From Utricularia gibba (taxonomy: Eukaryota; Plantae; Magnoliophyta), in assembly GCA_002189035.1 (NCBI GenBank), contig NEEC01000018.1:1302001-1366000 (forward strand): a stretch of 64,000 bases of DNA. The letters run 5' to 3'. The notes below the pieces were generated by a model that saw nothing but the letters and a program-made list of their open reading frames with translations, had not been told where the DNA came from and did no database searches. The first letter of the stretch is position 1, and the number at the start of each line of letters is the position of its first letter. Made by a program: the position numbers and the translations under genes. Below, in pieces: positions 1 to 12,694 of this stretch.

Positions 1-3000
1 TCATTTTTGAAGCTGCCCGTGCTATCACTGAGTTAAGCTATGTCACTGCGAAAGAGCTAACCCCTGCTATAACCGTTCTACAGCTGTTCTTAAGTTCTTC
101 TAAGTCTGTTCTTAGATTTGCCGCGGTCAGGACCTTGAACAAGGTTTGTATTGGTACACTATTGACATGGTGCTTTCTATTTGGCTTATATTGACTAGAC
201 CCTTGATTTGATGATTCTTTTTATATTTTAGTTTGCGCTTTCTATTTGGAATGTTTTTATCTCGAGGTTTTTTTTTCAGTATCCTAAGAGTCTAGACCCT
301 TGATTTGATGATTCTTTTTACATTTTAGTTTGCGCTTCCTATTTGGAATGTTTTTATCTCGAGGTTTTGTTGTCAGTATCCTAAGAGTCTAGACCCTTGA
401 TTTGATGTTTCTTTTTCTATTTTAGTTTGCGCTTTCTATTTAGAATGCTTTTATCTCGAGGTTTTGTTGTCAGTATCCTAAGAGTCTAAATATATTGGAA
501 CTGCTGAGCACTTGCTTAGCACCTATACCTGTGGATGATGTGATTTCTCGTGCTCCTAATCTACACAGGTTGCAATGACGTATCCCATGGCAGTGACCAA
601 TTGCAACATAGATATGGAGAGCCTTATTTCTGACCAGAATAGAAGCATAGCAACTCTTGCAATCACTACCCTATTGAAAACAGGGAATGAATCTAGTGTT
701 GACCGCTTGTTGAAGCAGATTACAAATTTTATGTCTGATATTGCAGATGAGTTTAAGATTGTTTTAGTAGATGCTATAAGATCTCTTTGTTTGAAGTTCC
801 CTATGAAGTACAGATCCCTGTGAGTGCTTTTTGATTTAATAGGAAATGATCAAATTTTCTTTCATTACTTAATTCGTACAAACACTTATTCATTTTTCTG
901 GTTTTTGCATGAATAGCTAAACATGTGTATGTTGTCAGGATGAACTTCCTTAGCAGCATTTTGAGAGAAGAAGGTGGTTTTGAGTATAAAAAGGCAATTG
1001 TCGATTCAATTGTGATCTTGATTAGGGATATTCCAGATGCCAAGGAAAGTGGACTACTCCATTTGTGTGAGTTTATTGAGGACTGTGAATTCTCTTATCT
1101 TTCCACCCAGGTTTGCTGTGTGCTCTTCAAAACATTGTATTTCATCAAGTGCCTTCCTTTCAGTTATTTTGACTTTAATCTTGGCTTGAACTTCTGTTAG
1201 ATTCTTCACTTCCTTGGAATTGAAGGACCCAAGACATCAGACCCTAGTAGGTATATACGGTATATCTACAACCGAGTGATATTGGAGAATGCGACAGTGA
1301 GAGCAAGTGCTGTTAGTACGTTGGCAAAATTTGGTGCCTTGGTTGACTCATTGAAGGTAAGACTGTTTTCATCAGTTTTACACTCATGTTGCTGCCTGGA
1401 TGAAGTAATATGATATTGATGCTGCAGCCTCGTATATTTCTTCTGTTGAGGCGATGCCTCTATGATAATGATGATGAGGTTAGCTTTTTGCTGCTTTATT
1501 ACTCATGGCAATTAGGTTCTCCACCCCCTGCTCTTCGCTTGCAGATGTTTATTTTTTTGGAGCGTGACAGGTTCGCGACAGGGCAACACTGTACTTAAAC
1601 ACCCTTGCAGGAGATTCAATTGCTGAAACTGAAAACATTGAGGAATTCCTGTTTGGCTCATTTGAGGTGCCGCTGTCAAATTTGGAATCTAGCTTGAAGG
1701 AATATGTAAGTGTTATTTGCTATTCTAATGATTATTGCAGTTAGTTCTGTGAACATATTTAACATGGGCTTTCCTGTCCTTTTTGTTTTCAGATACAGGA
1801 TCCTTCGGAAGAGCGTTTTGATATTAGTAAGGTATCAACGGAGGTTAAATCACAGCCTCTTGTGGAAAAGAAAGCCCCTGGTAAAAAGCCGGGCGGTTTG
1901 GGTGCTCCTCCTGCTCCCATTTCAGCTGCGGAGACTTATGAAAGCCTTCTGTCATCAATACCTGAATACGCAAATTTCGGAAGAATTTTCAAGGTCTATC
2001 TTTGTCTAAGTAATTTTTTTCTCCCCAAGTGTGATTCCTGTACTTCTAATGTGCTGAAGTCCTTGATTTTATGTTCACCAAATCAGTCATGTGCACCAGT
2101 GGAGCTTACGGAAGCAGAAACTGAGTATTCAGTTAATGTTGTCAAGCATATATTTGACAGTCATGTAGTGTTCCAATACAACTGTACAAACACCATACCT
2201 GAGCAGCTACTCGAAAATGTAAGTATCAAGTTCATCGTATCACTACAGTTGAAACAGTACTTACAATCAGAAATTGTTTTACATCTTTCGTGTATTTGGG
2301 AGTTTCATCATAGTTTTTTTTTTCTGCGCGTAGGTGATTGTCATTGTGGATGCTTCTGAAGCTGAAGATTTTTCTGAAGTAGGATCCAAAGCTCTGAAAT
2401 CTCTCCCATACGATGCACCAGCCCAAGCTTTCGTTGCCTTTGAGAAACCTGAAGGTGTTCCAGCCGTTGGGAAGTTCTCCAACTTGTTGAAATTTACCGT
2501 AAAAGAGGTACACTGTTGTTTGTGGCATCAATCTCCCTCTCTGCACACCATACATGAAAGCTTTGTTTTCTAATCAAACTACACAACAAAACTACCTGCA
2601 TTTTCTGCTAATTCCACTAGGTTGACCCATCAACTGGTGAGACAGAAGACGATGGTGTTGAGGATGAATATCAGCTCGAGGATCTGGAAGTCGTTGCCTC
2701 CGACTATGTCCTTAAAGTGGGGGTCTCTAACTTCAAGAACGCATGGGAAGGCATGGGCCCCGACGCTGAACGTGTAGATGAATACGGCCTCGGACCCAGA
2801 GAGAGCCTACCAGAGGCAGTCAGTGCAGTCATCAACCTTCTAGGCATGCAGCCCTGCGAGGTCATCTCTCAAGAACACGAAATCCCTTCGATCTTATGCA
2901 TTATCACAGCGTTTGATCCAAGAATTTACTGCTGCTGTTCTGGTTTCTTGTTTTTTTCCAGGGCTCTGAGGTGGTACCAAGCAACTCAAGGTCGCACACA

Positions 3001-3159
3001 TGTCTACTGTCCGGAGTTTACATAGGAAATGTGAAGGTTCTGGTTCGTGTCTCGTTCGGCATCGATGGCGCCAATAAGGATGTCGCCATGAAGTTGGCCG
3101 TCAAGTCCGAGGACGTCACTGTTAGTGATGCGATCCATGACATAGTCGCCAGTGGCTAG
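1..3159 (+). CDS. COPG: Coatomer subunit gamma (gamma-COP), 5'-truncated, multi-exon
   Basis: GT-AG exons read [22 protein letters not shown] (3-143), [39 protein letters not shown] (570-819), [65 protein letters not shown], and a C-terminus ..[23 protein letters not shown] with TAG at 3157-3159. These match gamma-COP trunk and appendage motifs. Confidence 0.96.
195..488. repeat. Three tandem copies of a 97-bp unit in the first visible COPG intron
   Basis: Unit start CTAGACCCTTGATTTGATG recurs at 195, 292 and 389. Copies differ by a few substitutions; each contains CTCGAG. Confidence 0.95.
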
Positions 3160-3675
3160 AGCCACGTCGCTCCTCTTAGGTCTGTAATCCTTCTCAATTT
3201 TTTTTTATTTTTAAAATAGAATTTAATAGATTATTTAGTTTCAAGATAGTTTTGATATAATTTATCTTTATATTAATTGATGGTATACTGAGCTTAGAAA
3301 AATAGTCTTTTCTCGCTATCAAAATTCTGATCTTTCATAATTATGAATGGAATATAATTATAATAAAAAATACTTTGTTTTTATTGGATAAAATGTTGAC
3401 ACTGGTTCGATGGGTCCCACTCCGAATTACAAAGTCACGTTGACCAGACAGTGAATTCGGAGTAGACAGTTGGTACGGACCGGACCGCATGGTTCGAACC
3501 AAGTCCAAACAATTTCGCATTTATCTTTACCATTTATAACAGTGGGCGAGCCACGGTTGCCAAAAAATGCTAGATATTTTGAAGAGATCAAGGGCGAAGA
3601 GATATACCTGTATCGGTTACTACTGATTGCATTGAACTACAGTTGATTCGATTTCAAAATTCCACTCCGGGGAGT

Positions 3676-5202
3676 ATGACGGCGGAGGGCGGTGTGCTGA
3701 AGAAGCAGCGTTGTGTCGGCCGTTTCTGCACCGAACAGTCCGAGATCGGTTCGCTTATAAACGGGGAGAGCCATCGGAATCCTCTCAAAGGCCGATCACC
3801 CTACGGCTCTCGTCTTCGGTTTCTCTGCTACCCACCGCGCCTCCTGTAACCGGAGGATTCAATGACTCAGTTACCGCTGACGTAATCCTCAGTCTCATCC
3901 CTGATCAACTTTTCGGGTCTATCTTGGAATCCCCGAATTCGGCTGATGACTCAGAGATTCAGGTTTGCCTTCATTCTCATGCTCTTGCCCGTTCCAAGTA
4001 TTTCTCCACTCTACTGTCTGATCGATCGGGTTCGGGGAAAAGTTCCAATATACAACGACTTAAGCTTCATGTACCGGGCACTGCTGAGTCTCTGAACCTC
4101 CATTTGACTGTGCTGAAGCTTCTCTATGCTGATGATCTGTTGTCTTCCATTCAGAGTGTGAAAACAGCCCTTTGTTTACTCCCTGTCGCGCTTGGATTGC
4201 TGTTTGAGGACTGCATCAAAGCTTGTGTCAAGTTCCTAGAGGCAGTGCCTTGGACTGAAGAAGAGGAGAAACAGGTGTTAAGTTTGATTCCTCGCATGAG
4301 CCACGACCAGTCGAAGGAGCTTCTAGAGCGGATCTCTCCCGGTAAAAACAACTCATCTGAGGAAATGCTTCATGGCTTGGTCTTCTCCGCTATGAATAAG
4401 TACCCAAACATGTGTTTCGCCAAGGCGTTTCTCGCCAAGCTTTTGAAGGATTTTCCCTGCAAGGAGTCGGCAAGGAGAGTGTTACACAATGCATTTGAGA
4501 AAAGTTTGAAGGTTGTGAAGCAATCTCTGGAAGAGTACTCGAGTCCACACTTCAGGGGAGACCATAACGAGACTGAAGCTCTTCAGAGGATGAATTTACA
4601 CACTGCTGTAACTAATGGGAAGCGCCTGTTGTGGTTGATAGAAAGAATGATCGAGCTCAAAGTTGCGGATACAGCAGTCAAGCTGTGGAGTGAGCAATCA
4701 TCATTCACTGCTGATTTACAAAGAGCATTTCGTGATGATGACTTCAGACATATCGTTCCCAGCCTACCTGCTGTTATTCTCCGTTGCACTAGTAAGCTCA
4801 TCAATGCTGTCGCCTGTGGTGACATTGTAGCTGATAAACAGGTACTCTTCAAGAAGCCATCAAATGCAGGGTAGTTCCATGAAGTTTAATCATGTCTTCT
4901 TGCTGTGGATTGATTCACAGGTGAGAGTGAGGCTTGTGAAAGAGTGGCTTCCAGTATTGATCATATGCAGAGATGGGGTGTCACTTATGGGGGAGCCCAA
5001 TCACACAACTCTGTACTTGGAGTTGGAAGAAACATTCTTGAGTATAATATCCACACTTCCTCTCTCAACAGCTCAGGAACTCCTGGTGCAATGTCTGAGC
5101 TTCTCGACTCGCAGTGCTGATGATTGCCCTCATCTGGTCTGTGCTTTCTCCACTTGGTTTCGCCGAGCCAACCGCATCCCTTCCATCACCCAGGTCCCTT
5201 GA
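3676..5202 (+). CDS. Plant BTB/POZ-domain protein, 2 exons, apparent frameshift near the 5' end
   Basis: Long ORF contains GGFND..ADVILSL, CLHSHALARSKYFSTLLSDR and CVKFLEAVPWTEEEE, typical of plant BTB proteins. Intron 4842-4920; TGA 5200-5202. The ATG at 3676 is out of frame with the main ORF. Confidence 0.82.
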
Positions 5203-6588
5203 AATGACAAGCTTCTGCATATAAGCATGGTGCACGTAGCCCAAATAAGTGGAGTGCAATAGTTAGTTGGCAAAGTGCTCTGAGGCTTGAATCGGGACTG
5301 TAAATCGACTGTAACTCTGGTGTAAGTACCTGTTTCCCATTGTACATATTGTACAAAGCTTTTCCTTGCTGTGGATCCAGAATCAATTATCAGTAGAAGA
5401 AACATCCAAGAGTGAAACATGAGCTACTGTGAGGGTTAGCACAAAAGCCCCTCGACGAAATTCCCTTGCAAGGGCCAGAGAGAGCGCCTTCTCCATTGTT
5501 TCACTGGCATCTTCTTCCTCATCCGCAGCTAGAACCTCCATGTCTCTTAGACAGCATAGTACTTGCGTAAAGAAAAACCTGAAAAGAAGCCACACGGAGC
5601 ATCATATCCCAGAACCAAACAAGTGAAAAGCTGAACTCGAAAACTAAAGAGGGAACATTGATGCTACTTTGGAAGGAAGACAAGAGATGATGAGACAACG
5701 GAGTACCACACACTAAATACAATTATGGAAAGAATTTCCCAATCCCTGTGACTATCTACACGAACATAAGCAAGCTCTTGCATAGAAAACTCCCAAAGCA
5801 AGTTCCTAAACCAGCAAAACTGATGACTACCCGGAAGTAAGAACTTTTACAGAAATGGCTGAAAGTTCAAAGTAAAAGTAAGACACCATGTACTCTTGTA
5901 GTGGCTGATTAAATAAAAAGCATACCCAAAACCGCCCACCGCATTCAATAAAATACCAGAGACGAACTTCCGGCATCTGAAATGAATTTCCTGACGGAGG
6001 AGAGTTGGGGATGGGAACCAGATGAGAGCGCAACAGCGTCCATAGTAAGCGAATATGAAGCAATAAGCTCAGTTCCAAAGAATTTCACGAACTTGTCAAA
6101 TCTTTCCTCGTTTCCCACGGCGTTTCCGATGATCTTCGGTCGACATCAGTAAATTACGCATCCCAATCCATAATCACACAAGAAACCGGCAAAATGAGCG
6201 CTGCCTCAATTACCGGAAACATGATTATCGTCCGTCATTTATAGTAAGAAGAATAGGCATTTCGTGGAGGAAGAACTAAATCTCCGATGCTCTTGAAAGA
6301 GTGTCGAAGAAATGCCCAAGGCAGCTGGCGCCTCAAGTCGTTTCTCATCAACAGCATCATTTGGCTCTTCATCAAATGATGATATTTGGATCATTTGGCC
6401 CCAAATATTGATTGATATTTGGATCAAGCTTAAGGTCAAGTAACAGTCATTCAATACTAAGACCTTGGAAATGGGTAACATCGACTGACTAATCAATCCA
6501 ACAGTTGTTGAATATACCCAGGAAAACGCCGGCAAATGAATCAAGATCGGAGACGATGATGAGCTCCCGAGCGGCTGCAAGGATCTTC

Positions 6589-7300
6589 TTTACCGCGGAA
6601 TCCCAAAATCTAATCCAGATAAACAAGAAACCGGCGGTCACGGCTCAGAAACAAATTTCTTCAGAATAAATGTGAAGAAGACATTCTAAAGTGCCCAAAT
6701 GTTTTAAGCTCTAATCTCAACTACTCATCCCAATGAAAAATCGTCAGCAGTTGTGAATCCGAAAAAAAAAAAAACCCAAACAATCCAACCCGTAAATCCG
6801 GCCATTTGAAAACGCATCAACAACTACAGAGGCAATGAGTTGAAGTAGCAAAGTAGAATAAAAACCTTGGGAGAGCCAACTCCAGGAAATGGTATCAAAT
6901 CCAATTTTTGACCTCAGTCTAGCGGATGCAATCGTGCTATGAAGCGGTAGCATTGTGCCCAGGCTTCCCAAAATCGAAACAGTCCTTCAGATCCCATAAA
7001 AGGAGAAAGAAAGAAAAAGTCAATTTTCCTTTGGAATTTATATGCCTGGCGAGAAAATTTGAATCTGAATCCAAAATTGCATACAAAATAAGCCTACCAA
7101 TCGCTGCTATAAAAAAGCTATCAATCATAAAATCAGTTCATTAGAAGCGTACCTCGTCCGACAAGATGCCAACAATCCAGCAGCTGAAGACGACGCTGCA
7201 CAGGGTACAGGCTTTCCAGATGCCGTTCTAGGTAAGAGATTCGGGCGCCGGCACAGGGATCTCCTGCAGACCCGATGACTGGAGCGCACGGAGAAACCAT
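6589..7300 (-). CDS. NFD6-like small mitochondrial-type protein, 3 exons, apparent frameshift just after the ATG
   Basis: Exon 2 (6984-6866) reads R|TVSILGSLGTMLPLHSTIASARLRSKIGFDTISWSWLSQ, matching the family motif (M/L)LPLHS.IASARL. Exon 3 (6609-6589) reads DFGIPR-stop. Exon 1 ends at the AG|GT donor at 7153 and is Arg/Ser-rich in the frame that splices correctly. Confidence 0.72.
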
Positions 7301-7328
7301 TAGAAGAGCCCACGATGAGAAGAGAGGT

Positions 7329-7466
7329 TTATAGGGTTTGCTTTTGCTATTTTACCATAAAGTCCCTCTCAGTTATATATACTATCCGGAACTTAAATCC
7401 GACGTCGTTTAACGTCGAGAAGTTAATGAGCCTGACATGGCCCAGAAAATATGGGCTTGTAGCCCA
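7329..7466. promoter_or_regulatory. Telo-box plus site II (TGGGCY) elements in the divergent NFD6-like/RPL27 spacer
   Basis: TAGGGTTT near 7332-7339; GGCCCA 7439-7444, TGGGCT about 7453-7458, AGCCCA 7461-7466. Site II/telo-box pairs are established in plant ribosomal and mitochondrial gene promoters. Confidence 0.6.
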
Positions 7467-7947
7467 TACTACACTTTGATCTGCTTGCGACCCATAGACT
7501 AGTATGCCTGGCGCTACCCACCCAACATCTGTCGCCGCGTTATTCAAAACACTCGTCGCATTTTTCTCCGGCGAACAGTGGCCGAAATAGGTAAGCCGCA
7601 CCATGATTCTAATCGTCTTCAGATGTATTCAACACCCAAAACCATAGTGTAGTCTGGAAATAATGGTGGTTAGTACGAGGAAGTCATTTTCTTTTGTACG
7701 TGTTGAGATTAGGTTTTTTTGTTGCGATGAATGCGATGCGAATAATCTTAATGATTACACTGAATATGTATAATTCTTGTGGGGATTCTTTGAGTTCTAG
7801 TACTTTGAGGTTGAATTAACTTTATCTGGACTCCTGGGGAGGTTGATATCGGGTAATTTCTTGTAGATTTTGGGATCAGGAGACCTGCATTTAGTTTTTT
7901 TTTTTTTTTTCTAATCTTGTAGTGTGTATTTTGAGAGCTAACAAATT

Positions 7948-8609
7948 ATGAATACCTACACCTCTCTGTTGAGAAGACTGAGTACAAGGGATATGATCGC
8001 AAGCACACCCATTTACGCCTCTTCCATTGGTACTGATTTTTGTGAGCTTTGTAGTTTTTACCAATGGAGTATGTGACCTAGTTATGCATTGTAGTGTCAT
8101 CTGGAGCGGGACTTAGCGTGGTTTTCAGGCGGTGGGCAACCAAGAAAACGGCTGGTTCTACAAAAAATGGCCGTGATTCTTTACCCAAAAGTCTTGGTGT
8201 CAAAAAGTTTGGTGGAGAGGTAAGGGAATGAAGTTGGGAGAGTTCGTTGGCTATGCTTTTGTTTCTTAGATGTCTGTGTCAGTATGACGTCCTGCAGATG
8301 CTGAGAAGATCAAAGCAACCTTTTTGTTCGTTTACATAATCTTTTTCTGATGGGAGGTCGCTTGATTTGCAGCGGGTGATACCCGGCAATATCATTGTTC
8401 GTCAAAGAGGTACGCGGTTTCATCCTGGGGACTACGTTGGTATCGGAAAAGACCACACTCTGTACGCACTAAGGGAAGGAAATGTAAAATTTGAGAGAAG
8501 CAAGCTTACCGGGCGAAAATGGGTTCATGTAGAACCCAAGGAGGGCTATGAAATCCATCCGGCTTATGCAAATTCTGAACATGTCCCTGAGGTAAAAGCT
8601 GCAGCCTGA
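7948..8609 (+). CDS. RPL27: Organellar (mitochondrial-type) 50S ribosomal protein L27, 3 coding exons
   Basis: Exons 7948-8029, 8095-8219 and 8372-8609 give [43 protein letters not shown]|[40 protein letters not shown], the bL27 signature with an N-terminal presequence. Confidence 0.95.
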
Positions 8610-9554
8610 TCTTGCTTTCGTCTGCTTCAGCCATACTCTGTATCATGTGAAGAGTTTATCTCAGTCTATAGATCTCATGCTTTTCACTGCTTTCGGTTAC
8701 AATCCTGTTGCACAATTCGCATTCCTATCAGCTAGCAATAATCATGCCATGATGCACTAACATCCTTCACTTCACCAATGCAATTCCAGTATACTTCTCT
8801 GCATCTCCCCCATCCTGAAGGTAATGAATTTCCCTGCTCCTATCATGAGAGAATTTTAAATTATGTTGTATTCACTTCGTGGTTTACATGATTTCCATCG
8901 CCCTATGTGAGGCGCAATAGATTCAGAGAATTTAAAATGCAATCTGGACATGATAAGTAAATAAAGTGGCCGTTGTTTGGTTTCCAGTGGGCTGCAGGCA
9001 GGCACACTGCTGCTACCCTTTTGTAGCTCAAGTTGCAGATAAGTATTCATATTTTAGGAGCAGCCCCTCTGACATTTGGGACACGATGATAGCTGTTCCT
9101 GATGAGCCACCCACCCACTATCATATTGGATTATCAACATTTCTATAACTGGTGCAACCCCACAGCATATTCGATTCCATGCATTATCAATATTACTTAG
9201 ACATGGGGTACATCAATAAATTAATTCTTAGGATGATCATTTTTCTCACACATATTTTTTTCGAAATCTTCTGTACATATCATTGTATTAATTTGTAGAG
9301 ACGCTCTGTTCTGAAGCACATGTATAGATGGATGATCAAGTGACATGTTCTGGATAGGCGTTATCCTATGCACTCCACTGGCAATATGAACATTCAAATT
9401 AGAAATGTTTGGAATATCACTCTGTTGATTTATAATAAAGTAATCCTTCACCTGAGAAATGGCCTTCAATGAATCACTATGTTTGCAATCTAATCTATGT
9501 AATATAGCGTAACACTTACATGAATAAGAAGAAAACGAGAATGATAAATAACAT

Positions 9555-9870
9555 TAGACCCCATTTGGTTGAGGGGTTGATAATATAAATTATTTGGATA
9601 TCTTTAAATCCATATTCATGGGTTTTATACAAAAACCTATTTGGTTAGTGTATTAAAATTATTTGGATTTATCATTACATGCGTTTGGTATATTAGTTTA
9701 GAAAAAAAAGTGTTTAGTATAATTAACATAGATATGGGTTTATGGGTTATTGATGGGTTTATTTAAATTTGTTGAATAAATTTAAACCCAACAATAATTT
9801 ATATACCAAACATTGATAAAATATTAAACCAATGTATAAACCTAGTTAAACCCACAAACCAAACAGCTAA
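9555..9870. mobile_element. Tourist/PIF-Harbinger-like MITE remnant
   Basis: Left end TTAGACCCCATTTGGTTGAGGGGTT and right end AAACCCACAAACCAAACAGCTAA form an imperfect inverted repeat with a TTTGG/CCAAA core, flanked by TTA/TAA. The interior is AT-rich and non-coding. Confidence 0.5.
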
Positions 9871-12023
9871 TAGTTATATTACAAGTAAAATATTACAAAC
9901 TGTTTAATTTATTTAAACAGTTTTATTTGTAAAATATTACAAATAAAACTTAATAAGTCTATAATTTCTTAAAAAACTCAAAGTATATTACACTCATAGT
10001 TATATATCATTTAGAATGAGGTCCTTATTATATAAACAGCTAATGAATCTATTTAAAGAATAATTACTCAAGATGGTCATTGGGTTGGAAAATAGAAAAT
10101 AAACAGTATATTCAAATTTACTCTCTATAATTTATTTTGAGAAGGTTAAAATTAATGTCATATTGATTAGTTCATAATCCTGTAATAATCTCCTTATTAT
10201 TTTATATCATTGATCTAATGATTGGTTCAAATAAAATTATTAACAGATTATTGAATTTCATCTTCATTTTTTTTTGTTTCTCAACAAAATGCTATCTACT
10301 GTCCTCAACTGTTTAGGCTGCCCTATTTCGTTGCTTTCTTCTCTACGTTCGTGTATCATTTTGTTCCTATTATGTCATTAATTAGGATAATACAAAAATT
10401 AAAAATTCTATCTCATAATTAAATTAAAATACTAAATTATGTATTAATTAAAAAAAACACACAAGTTAAAAACATTTTGCCTATTCGGTTGACGTGTCCC
10501 GTCAGTACATTCAAGCTGTTGGGTTTGTCTTGGAACCAGTCCGTGACAGAGGGAGAAGCAGTTGGAGACGGCGGTGATAAATATAAATTAATTAATTTAA
10601 TTCAATTCAAAAAAAATCACGTACCGCGTACCATTATTTTTAATAATTATTAAAAAAGGTAAACAAAGTAGGAAGGGCGGTGAAAAATGTTCACACCAGT
10701 CATGTGCCTCCACGTGATCACTTCCCTCTAATCCACATCACTCGTTTTCTGATTACTATTTCCGCTGACTAATTTGAAATTTCCCCTCCTAAGGACAAGA
10801 TTAAGAAGGACCATATGATATAAATTAATCTCCCCAATATCATTAACAAACCCCATTCCCCTAATACCTATATTTCCAATGCGAACGGCAAGAGCGTTTG
10901 ATTGATGAGATTAGGATAAAAAAATAATTTACTTGAAATTTAAATAAAAATATCGTAAAAAGATTAATTTCTTTATAATATGTTTAGTCCATAAAACTTT
11001 GGTTGTAATTTGAAGAACATAATGAAATTAAAATCGATATTTTACAAACTATAATGTTTTTTGTCGTACATAATCTTATGTTTTGAAGCTCATTAAGAAT
11101 TAATTGTGTTGATCCATGAAAGTTTGATTATCTGATGAAGTTTAGATCTTGACGGATGACCTTATATTAGTCTTTAAGGAATTTCCTTTGTGATGGTAAA
11201 AATATTACGATATCTTACAAATCATGATTATTCTTATTACACATAATATAACGTCTCGAAAGTCATTCAAAGCAATGGTATTGATCTATAATGTCCGGTC
11301 GTCCGTTAAGATTGGATCTCGAAGAAATTACTATTTATATTGTAATTTAAGTAATATTTTTTTAAAAAAAAATTAATAACGTGTGAGACATGTAGTAACT
11401 ATGGCTTGTTGACCAGACCATTAGAAAGTGATTGATGGATGATGCAAGAGAGGGAAGGTCCGGTTTTCCCATTTAGGACCACGTGAAAATTGTTAGGGTA
11501 CGTGACATTTCCCCAATGTTTAGTAAATGCATTCACCATTTAATTGGTCACTATTAACCAATTATTAATATTTCCCAATTCCGAAACATTTTGGTTCCTA
11601 TTATCAACATTTTAATTTTATTTTCCCTTTATAAAAAAAAATAATATGAAGCAACAGTTTAATGAAATAATATAATATCAGAAAATAACTTATTTATTAT
11701 ACTTAATTGTCGAGAGGTGGGGTTGTGTTATCAGGGCAAGCCAAAAAAGTCTTATAATAAGGTTTATTGCCCATCATTTGCAGGTAAGGTTAATTAACGC
11801 CCTAAATAATTAATTAATCACGTGCCCATTCTTGTATGCCACATGTTAGAAAATACAACAAAGTGTCGCCATTCCTGTGTGTTACAAATGGATGCTTTGG
11901 AAAGCTTCGTCTTGTGCGTATTAAAACGTGATGACGTTGGTTGAATATTAAGTGAATACGGGAAAAAAATAACCTATTTTCCCAAAAATAAAAAAAAAAT
12001 GCATTGAAAATTGAAATCGTTAA

Positions 12024-12694
12024 GAGAGTATTTGGTACGTTAATTTAACTGTTTAAATATTTGTATGTTCATAAAAATATAAGTTTGGTAGACTAATTTA
12101 ACAATAACGATTGTTTTACAAAACAATTGTAGTTTTGTAAAACACATCTAAACAATTCAATTTATAAAGTAATTATTTTAAATAATTCTATAAAAAATAA
12201 TATTATTTTTAAATATATATATTTAAAATCTATGTAACAAACAAACTTAATTCTAACCACGCAATACATATTTATCTAAATACGAATAACTCAAATACAT
12301 TATTAATTATTCTATACTAACAAACACATTGTAATATGCATTTAGTTGAATGTCCCAAATTATATTTAATTCATGAATTTAGTTGTTTTTACTTAATCCC
12401 AAATTGTACCTATTAATAAAACATAATATAAAAAGTATTCTAAACCCAAACACACTAAACCTATTTATATCCTAATACCATGAATAAAATATATTTTGGA
12501 GTGTATTTTAATAGTTCATTTAAAATTTTAGTTATTTAATTTAATATAAACTATATTATTTACTCTATTTTCAATAAACGTATATAATAGATTTATTTTT
12601 TTAAAAAATAATTTTAAATTAACACTTATCAGACATTCATATTAAATAAAATATTCTCTAACAACTATTTGAAAACTATCTACCAAACATTTTC
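12024..12694. mobile_element. Degenerate PIF/Harbinger-type MITE(s), related to a copy at about 15310-15570
   Basis: Ends GAGAGTATTTGGTA (12024) and TACCAAACATTTTC (12681-12694) are inverted. Internal blocks 12097-12124 and 12278-12297 recur at 15321-15349 and 15516-15535 with similar spacing. Confidence 0.45.

Noticed and set aside
3419-3463. 10-bp perfect inverted repeat ACTCCGAATT/AATTCGGAGT with nearby GGTTCGA motifs, suggestive of a tRNA or SINE
   Set aside because: No cloverleaf or A/B-box spacing could be built; a single short stem is expected by chance.
8856-9469. Short open frames after RPL27, including a Cys-containing minus-strand stretch (..ICCGVAPV..SCPKCQRGCS)
   Set aside because: No start codon, no consistent splice pattern and no recognisable motif.
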